The notes under the pieces were generated by a model. The model was not told the origin of the DNA, ran no database searches, and saw only the letters and a list, made by a program, of their open reading frames with translations. Positions 58,077-64,000 of a DNA stretch of 64,000 nt are shown in pieces. Both the position numbers and the translations under genes were made by a program. The stretch comes from an uncultured delta proteobacterium (GTDB lineage: Bacteria; Desulfobacterota; Binatia; UBA9968), in contig CAVUVW010000015.1 in assembly GCA_963745035.1 (NCBI GenBank), positions 1 to 64,000 on the forward strand. Direction: 5' to 3'. Every line of letters starts with the position of its first letter. Positions within the stretch are counted from its first letter, which is position 1.

Positions 58077-59330
58077 TCAATTGCCGGCGGCCCACAAGCG
58101 CTTGTCGTAGTTCGCCACGGCGCCGACCGAAGCGATCCAGATGCAAAGATCGGAGACCGCGAGCAGGACCGTGGAAAGGCCGAAGGAAAAAAGATAGTCG
58201 CCGGTCCAGTCGTGGAACAGGCCGCCGAGGAACGAGCCGAGCGCGCCGCCGACGCCCACCGCGACCGTCGAGTAACCGAGGATCGAGCCGAAACCTTTGC
58301 CGGAAAAAATATCGGCGGTGAGCGCCGAAAAGATCACCGCGCGCGAGCCGAAGCCGATGCCGAAAAAAATCACGTAGACGTAGAGCAGCCAGGCCTGGCT
58401 CGGATCGCGCAAGATCATCAGCGCGCCGACGCCGATGACCGTCATGGCGATATTGAGCGTGTAGGCGGCTTGCTTGGACAGCCAATCGGCGATGAAGCCG
58501 AAAATCACCCTGCCGAAGCTGCTGGTGATGCCGGCAAGACCGAACACCGACGCGGCGAGAAACTTGCTGAAACCGACGTCGACCACGTGGGCGACCTGAT
58601 GGGTGACGATCACCGTGGTGCCGCACGCCGCGGCGATGCGCGAGATGAAGAGCAGCCAGAACTGCAAGCTCTGGAGCGCAAGTTTTGCCGTCCACTGATT
58701 CGAACCGGCTCCACTCTCGACGTGATGGCGGGCATGGGCACCGCTCAAGCCATGGCCGTGCGGCCCGCGGCGGTAGTAAAGACCGACGATCGGCAGCATG
58801 CCGATCGCCACCAGCGCGGCGAAGATCTCGAAGGACCGCGCCCAGCCGTAACTCGAGATCAGCCACTCGCTCAGCGGCGCGAGCAGCATGATGCCCACTC
58901 CCGAGCCCGCGTAGACAAAGCCGATGGCCGAGGCGCGCTTGGTGGAAAACCATTCCGAGATCAAAAAAATGTGCGGCACCATGCCGGTGAAAGTAAAGCC
59001 GACGGCGAGGATGATGCCGAAGCAAATGTAGAGCTGCCAGAGCTCGGAGACGCGGCTGCTCAGCAGCAGACCTGCCGTCAACGCCAGACAACCGGCGAGC
59101 GTAATTTTTTTCGTGCCGTAGCGATCGAGCAGGTGACCGACCACCGGCGACAGCAGCGCGTCGACGGTGAGCAGGATGGAAAAAATCCCCGCGGTCGCGC
59201 CGCGGCTCCAGCCGAAGGTATCGAGCAAAGCGACGTTGAAGACGCCGAACGAGGAATGCATGCCGCGGGAAACGCCGAGCACGACGAAGGCGACGGCAGC
59301 GACGAGCCACGGTGTGGGTGAGAAGCGCAT
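58077..59330 (-). CDS. MFS transporter (OFA/MCT-like)
   Basis: About 12 TM segments; G.LLDRYG motif, ISEWF..KRA.A.G. Confidence 0.9.
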   Translation of the reverse strand: MRFSPTPWLVAAVAFVVLGVSRGMHSSFGVFNVALLDTFGWSRGATAGIFSILLTVDALLSPVVGHLLDRYGTKKITLAGCLALTAGLLLSSRVSELWQLYICFGIILAVGFTFTGMVPHIFLISEWFSTKRASAIGFVYAGSGVGIMLLAPLSEWLISSYGWARSFEIFAALVAIGMLPIVGLYYRRGPHGHGLSGAHARHHVESGAGSNQWTAKLALQSLQFWLLFISRIAAACGTTVIVTHQVAHVVDVGFSKFLAASVFGLAGITSSFGRVIFGFIADWLSKQAAYTLNIAMTVIGVGALMILRDPSQAWLLYVYVIFFGIGFGSRAVIFSALTADIFSGKGFGSILGYSTVAVGVGGALGSFLGGLFHDWTGDYLFSFGLSTVLLAVSDLCIWIASVGAVANYDKRLWAAGN

Positions 59331-59426
59331 GTTGCCGAGTCTTGGTTTTCCTTAACAGACGCCATTCACAGGCACAAGGAAGACTGTGATTCATTCTCAA
59401 TCCGCCATGAATTTGAAGATCGGGAA

Positions 59427-59453
59427 AGATTCCTCGCTGTGCTCGGAATGACA
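59427..59453. repeat. REP-like element (AGATTCCTCGCT..GCTCGGAATGACA)
   Basis: Resembles the widespread GTCATTCCGAGC..AGCGAGGAATCT intergenic repeat family; single copy in the window. Confidence 0.5.
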
Positions 59454-59605
59454 ATGAACAAGCGATCCGCTCGAACGAAGTCAGAAATCTTTCCCGAATG
59501 GAACGGCCACGTTGATCCGGCGAAAAGATTATTGAAGGAACGCGTGACTGCGGCTACTTTATCTTGTCTTTTTCCGGAGCAGCGCTTATTCTGTGCGGGC
59601 CGCTT

Positions 59606-60443
59606 ATGAAATCCTTGCGCTCGCTGGTTACTTCGGCGCTTTTCATTGCCGCCTGCGCCTCGTTGAACTCGCAAACCGACTTTCTCGCCGGCCGGCGTGC
59701 GCTGTTGCGCGGCGAGCCGGAGAACGCTCTTGGTTATTTCGACCGGGTGGCGCAGAGCGATCCCGCGTTCGTTTCCGATTCGGTGTCGCCGCCCAAAAAC
59801 ATCTGGACCTACGTCGGCCGCGCCCACTACAATTCGGGGCGCTACGACGAGGCGCGCTCGGCATTCGAGAAAGCGCTCAGCCAGCGCCGCGACGATCACG
59901 TGGCAAGATTGTACCTAGGCTTGACCTTGCTTCGTCCGGCCGCGCCGACCGCGCCGGCCAACGCTTTCCGATTGCAGGAAGTCACCTTTGCGCTGCGCGA
60001 AGGCGTCGAACCGAAGCGCGTCGCGGCGCTGGCGCGCGAACGCGGCGTCAGCTTCGACCTCACTAAGGAAACCGAAAGCCAACTGCGGAGCGCGGGCGCG
60101 GATAATTTTCTCGTAAGCGAACTGCAGAGCCTGCGCGCCGGGCGCAAAGAGCAAATCCAATGAGGCGCGCCGCGCCCAAGGCGCCAAGGAGCTCGGCGCT
60201 GCCCTTTCCGGCCTCAGCGAGTGGTTGAACGACACCATCGCCTATGCGCCCCAAGGAAAGTTCTGGGACCCGTCGCAGGAAATTCGCAAGCAGATTCAGC
60301 TCACCATGAAACAAGTCGCCGCGCCCGCCGACTGGGACGCGGCCATGGGGAACGCGGAATGGCTCGGATATCGGCTCGAGGAAGAAAGCGACCGCGCGCG
60401 CCGCGACGAGCGCGCCGAGCGCGAACGACAGTTGAGACGCTAA
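59606..60443 (+). CDS. TPR-containing lipoprotein, frameshift near 60150
   Basis: Lipobox FIAAC; TPR WTYVGRAHYNSGRYDEARSAFEKAL; continuation FWDPSQEIR in 60225..60443. Confidence 0.75.
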
Positions 60444-60501
60444 CCCAAGCTTTCATCGTCCGGAACACTCAGAAGAATTCAGACTGGCTGCGTTCGCCTG
60501 A

Positions 60502-61986
60502 TTAGCATTGGACCGGATTGCCGAGGACTTTCTCCGCGTTGCATGCTCTTTTGGTCTGGTCGATTTCCCGTTGCACGTCCTCGTTGGCGGCATCGAGGCC
60601 TCTGGCCTTTTCCAGCTCGGCCAAGGCCGCGGCATAGTTACCCTGTTCGCGAAAAGTTTGCGCGCGGCCGACGTGGGCCAGGACCCGCGTTTTTGCCTGC
60701 TCGGACAACACGGGAGACTTGACGGGCGGCGGCTGGACCGGCTTGATCGGCAGCGGCTCGATCGGTTTGACCGGCGCGGGTTCGATCGGCTTCACCGGCT
60801 GCGGCTCCGGCGCCTTGCGGCTCTCCTTCACGACAAACGCCAGCGCAGGGCTGGAGATATTGTCCGCGCGCGCGACCACTTCGATCTTCCCCGGGCGCCG
60901 CGCGATCAGCTCGCCGCGCTCGGTGAGCGATGCCACCGTCCGATCGCTCACGCGCCACTCGATCGCGCTCGATAAATATTTCTCGCTCCTGTCCGAATAT
61001 GTTCCTCTGACCCGCAGCGGGATTTTCTCGCTCGCGACCAGCTCCTGCTTGCTCGAATCGATCTGCAGTCCCACCAGCCTCGGCATGGGCGCCGGCTTGG
61101 CCGGCGGCTCGAGACTTTCGACGCCGAGCGTCCACTCCGCGCTCTCGACGCCGGCGATCTTGGCGATAATGTTGGTTGTGCCGGCCTTGAGCCCGGTTAC
61201 TTCGCCGTGATCATCGACTACCGCGACCCCGGTGTTACTGCTCAGCCACTCGACGCCCGCGCTGAGATCGCTTTGCGATCCGTCGGAGTACTGTCCCTTC
61301 AATGTCAGCTTGACGGTCTCCGCCGGCTTGATCCGGTTGCGCTTTCCGCTTACCGCCAGGCGGGTCAAGCGCGGCGCCGGAACATTTTCGTAAGTTTTCG
61401 CCTCCGGCGGCGCGGCAGGTGTCGGCGCCGAACCTGACCAGTCTTGCCGCATGATGAAGAAGCCGGCCGCGAGCACGAGCGCGCCCAGCGCCGCTTTCGG
61501 CCAGTGAAGCGTGATCCATCGGAAAAATTTACCTTCGACGCCGGTCTCGGGCGGTTCCGCGCGTTCCATTGGCCGGACTCTCTCCGGCTCCAGTGGACTG
61601 AGCAGAGACTTGAGATCGGCGATCAACAAGCGCGCCGCCGGATCGTCGGCGGAACCGTCCCAGCGCGTAAGATCGGCGGCTTGAATGGCGCGGAAACCAA
61701 TCGGCGGCTCGACCGCGTTGATCAACACCGGTATCAGCGTTTTATTTAACCGGCGCGCCTCTTCGGCCTCCTCGGCCACCCACGGGCTGGTCACGGAATG
61801 GCGCGACCAAAGCACCATCATGCAGCGCGTATCGTCAAGCGCTTCTTCGAGCACGGTGCGCCACGTGCGGCCCGCCGGTATGCGCCGGTCCCACCACACG
61901 TTCCAACCCGCCGCTTCGAGCAGCGCCGCCAGTTGCGCCGCGCGCTCACGGTCCTCGTTCGCGTAGCTGATGAAAATATCGGCCAT
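60502..61986 (-). CDS. TIR domain - TM - two Big_2 Ig-like domains - Pro-rich linker - TPR protein
   Basis: MADIFISYA..D, WWD..I.AG, VLWS..SVTSPWVAEE; TM AALGALVLAAGFFIM; W.SSNTGVAVVDDHGEV and WRVSDRTVASLTERG Ig repeats; C-terminal TPR. Confidence 0.85.
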   Translation of the reverse strand: MADIFISYANEDRERAAQLAALLEAAGWNVWWDRRIPAGRTWRTVLEEALDDTRCMMVLWSRHSVTSPWVAEEAEEARRLNKTLIPVLINAVEPPIGFRAIQAADLTRWDGSADDPAARLLIADLKSLLSPLEPERVRPMERAEPPETGVEGKFFRWITLHWPKAALGALVLAAGFFIMRQDWSGSAPTPAAPPEAKTYENVPAPRLTRLAVSGKRNRIKPAETVKLTLKGQYSDGSQSDLSAGVEWLSSNTGVAVVDDHGEVTGLKAGTTNIIAKIAGVESAEWTLGVESLEPPAKPAPMPRLVGLQIDSSKQELVASEKIPLRVRGTYSDRSEKYLSSAIEWRVSDRTVASLTERGELIARRPGKIEVVARADNISSPALAFVVKESRKAPEPQPVKPIEPAPVKPIEPLPIKPVQPPPVKSPVLSEQAKTRVLAHVGRAQTFREQGNYAAALAELEKARGLDAANEDVQREIDQTKRACNAEKVLGNPVQC

Positions 61987-62182
61987 CGTTCGAAACGCGC
62001 CCTTGCTCAAGATCTCGGAGAGCACCCCGATTTTAGCAAATGACGGATAAATTGTAATCGCGAATTATCGACAAAGTTCCGAGGCCGGGCCGCGACCGTT
62101 CAACGGCCGCCGCGATTTGACCGGCAATCCGCAACGATGATAATTCTCGATCATCCATCCGGCCCGCGAAGGAGCAGAATTC

Positions 62183-63667
62183 ATGGCGAATTCCAGTCTC
62201 AAAACCGATGTGTCGATTATCGGCGGCGGCGGCGCGGGAATTCCCGCGGCGATCGAAGTCGCATCGCGCCGGCGGTAAGGCGATCGTCCTGGAGGGCGCC
62301 GCCGAATGCGGCGGCACCGCCGCGATCTCCGGCGGCGGCTGCTGCATCGTCGGCACGCCGCTGCAAAAATCTCAGGGCATCGACGACACTCCGGACATGG
62401 CCTTCGAAGATTGGATCAAATGGGGCGGCGGCGCGGCCGACGAAGTTTGGGCGCGCTACTATTTGGAGCATACGCTTGCACGATCTTTATCATTGGGCCG
62501 AGAGCTGCGGCGCCAAATGGGTCGACATGAAATTTCAGGAAGGCAACCGCGTGCTGCGCTGGCACCGGCCGGACAACAACGGTCTGGGTTTGATGACCGC
62601 GCTGATCAAAACCGCCGAGTCGCTGGCCAACGTCACGATCATGACGGCAACCAAAGCCGATAAGCTGCTCACGGAAAATGGCCGGGTGTGCGGCGTTGCC
62701 GCCGCGCGCAACGGCGAGACTTCTGGAGATCCGCAGCAAATCCGTAGTCGTCGCCACCGGCGGATTCAACTCCAATCTCGACATGGTTTTGGAGCACCGC
62801 CCCGAGTTCAAGAAATTCAAAGTCATGGAGGGCTCCGGTTTCGGCGCCAAGGGTGAAGGCCACAACATGATCCGCGAGCTGGGCGGCTACTTCACCCACA
62901 TGGAGCATATCTGGTTCTATGTTTACGCCACGCCCGATTATCGCGACCCGCGGCAAAGGCGCGGCCTGGTGTTTCGCATGGTGCCGGGCTATCTCTGGTT
63001 CAACCAGCAGGGGCGGCGCTTTCATAACGAATCGCTGACCGGCGGCGCCTCGGCGACGCCGGCGCTGCTGGCGCAAAATCCGCCTCATGCGTGGGCGCTC
63101 GCCGACACGCCGATGCTCGAGAAGATCGACGTCGCCGATCCCTACTATCGCCGCGGCGACGTCATCGACCGCGCCAAGGTCCAAGAGCTGCTGGATAACT
63201 CGCCGTTCATCAAAAAGGCGGAGAGCCTCGAAGAGCTCGGAAAAAAAACCGGCGTGGAGGATCTCAAGGACTTTCTCGCGGAAATCGAAGAATACAATCG
63301 CTGCTTCGATCGCGGCATGGACAAAGAGCCGAAGTTCGGCAAGTCGCTCAAAGGCTCGAAGAAATTCGACGTGCCTCCCTACTACGCGATCCAGATCTTT
63401 CCGCTGGCGCGGAAAAACTTCGGCGGTGTCAAAACCGACCTGCGCTGCCGCGTGCTCAATAAATATTTCGAGCCGATTCCGGGCCTGTATGCCGCCGGCG
63501 AAGTCGCCGGCATGGCCGGCGGTCACATCAACGGCAAAGCCGGTCTCGAAGGTACCATGCTCGGCCCGTCGATCTTCAGCGGCCGCGTGGCCGGCGCCTG
63601 GGCGGCCAACGAAGCCGGCTTCGGTCCGGGCTTCATTGGCAAGCCGAACCGGCCGGAGTTAGATTAG
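62183..63667 (+). CDS. FAD-binding oxidoreductase (fumarate reductase flavoprotein / 3-ketosteroid dehydrogenase-like), frameshifted
   Basis: DVSIIGGGGAG, GGTAAISGG, VVVATGGF, GRRFHNE, KNFGGV, PGLYAAGE. Confidence 0.85.
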
Positions 63668-63691
63668 CAAGAATTACGGGACTACTTTCGG

Positions 63692-63727
63692 CGACTTGAA
63701 CGACATGACCGAATAGAACGACTTGAA
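63692..63727. repeat. Degenerate 9-bp tandem repeat (CGACTTGAA) x4
   Basis: cgacttgaa cgacatgac cgaatagaa cgacttgaa between convergent genes. Confidence 0.6.
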
Positions 63728-63753
63728 CTTGGATGTACCTGGACCTGAATGAG

Positions 63754-64000
63754 TCAGCGGCACGCCGGCACCTTCGTCTGAAAAATATGACTCCGTTCGC
63801 TACTTTCCGCCTGCCGTCTGAGACCTACGATATTAAAAGCGCGCACCGGACGGACGAAGCCTTTTAGATACATCTCTTCGAGCGGCTCCGCCTCGACCAA
63901 CGCTTCGATGTGATTCAGCGTCTTCTGGTCGGTAAGAATCTGACCGCCCTTGGCGGCTCCACAAAGACGCGACGCAAGGTTGGTGACGTTGCCCACCGCT
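63754..64000 (-). CDS. Class III adenylate/guanylate cyclase, C-terminal part (5' beyond window)
   Basis: VGNVTNLASRLC..AKGGQIL...LKG catalytic motif. Confidence 0.85.
   Translation of the reverse strand, partial: AVGNVTNLASRLCGAAKGGQILTDQKTLNHIEALVEAEPLEEMYLKGFVRPVRAFNIVGLRRQAESSERSHIFQTKVPACR

Overview
GC-rich bacterial chromosomal window. The tandem paralogous ABC substrate-binding protein genes and the gene set suggest Candidatus Binatia or a related deltaproteobacterial lineage; this is inference. Many essential genes (purD, sufB, mfd, nifS-like and others) carry single-base frameshifts, so the assembly probably has long-read indel errors. There are three zones. (1) 1-9 kb is accessory: four tandem ABC-SBP paralogs, a duplicated small-ORF module, DUF1353, an orphan protein and an SH3-metallo-beta-lactamase nuclease-like gene. 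(2) About 9-17.7 kb is an AT-richer integrative element ending at the 3' end of tRNA-Ala(CGC). It carries an XRE regulator with twin operators, a DUF262-HNH (GmrSD-like) nuclease, a type IIG R-M remnant and an iteron-like non-coding block. It also carries a replication/integration run: unknown 206-aa protein, family A DNA polymerase (3'-5' exo + pol), wHTH, Xis-like, RHH and tyrosine integrase, with no recognisable primase, helicase or virion gene. This PolA-based element is the best candidate for an undescribed system. (3) 17.8-64 kb is mostly housekeeping: galU, dksA, Fur-family/DUF3501/rubrerythrin, alr, purHDE, tsaC, pepF, cinA, surE, eno, ftsB, a hybrid iscS-iscA-sufB-nifS-rrf2 cluster, uvrA, PMM/PGM, pdxA, surA-like and mfd. 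Oddities in this zone include a GcvH-like protein lacking its lipoyl-lysine and a TIR-TM-Ig-Ig-TPR receptor-like protein.
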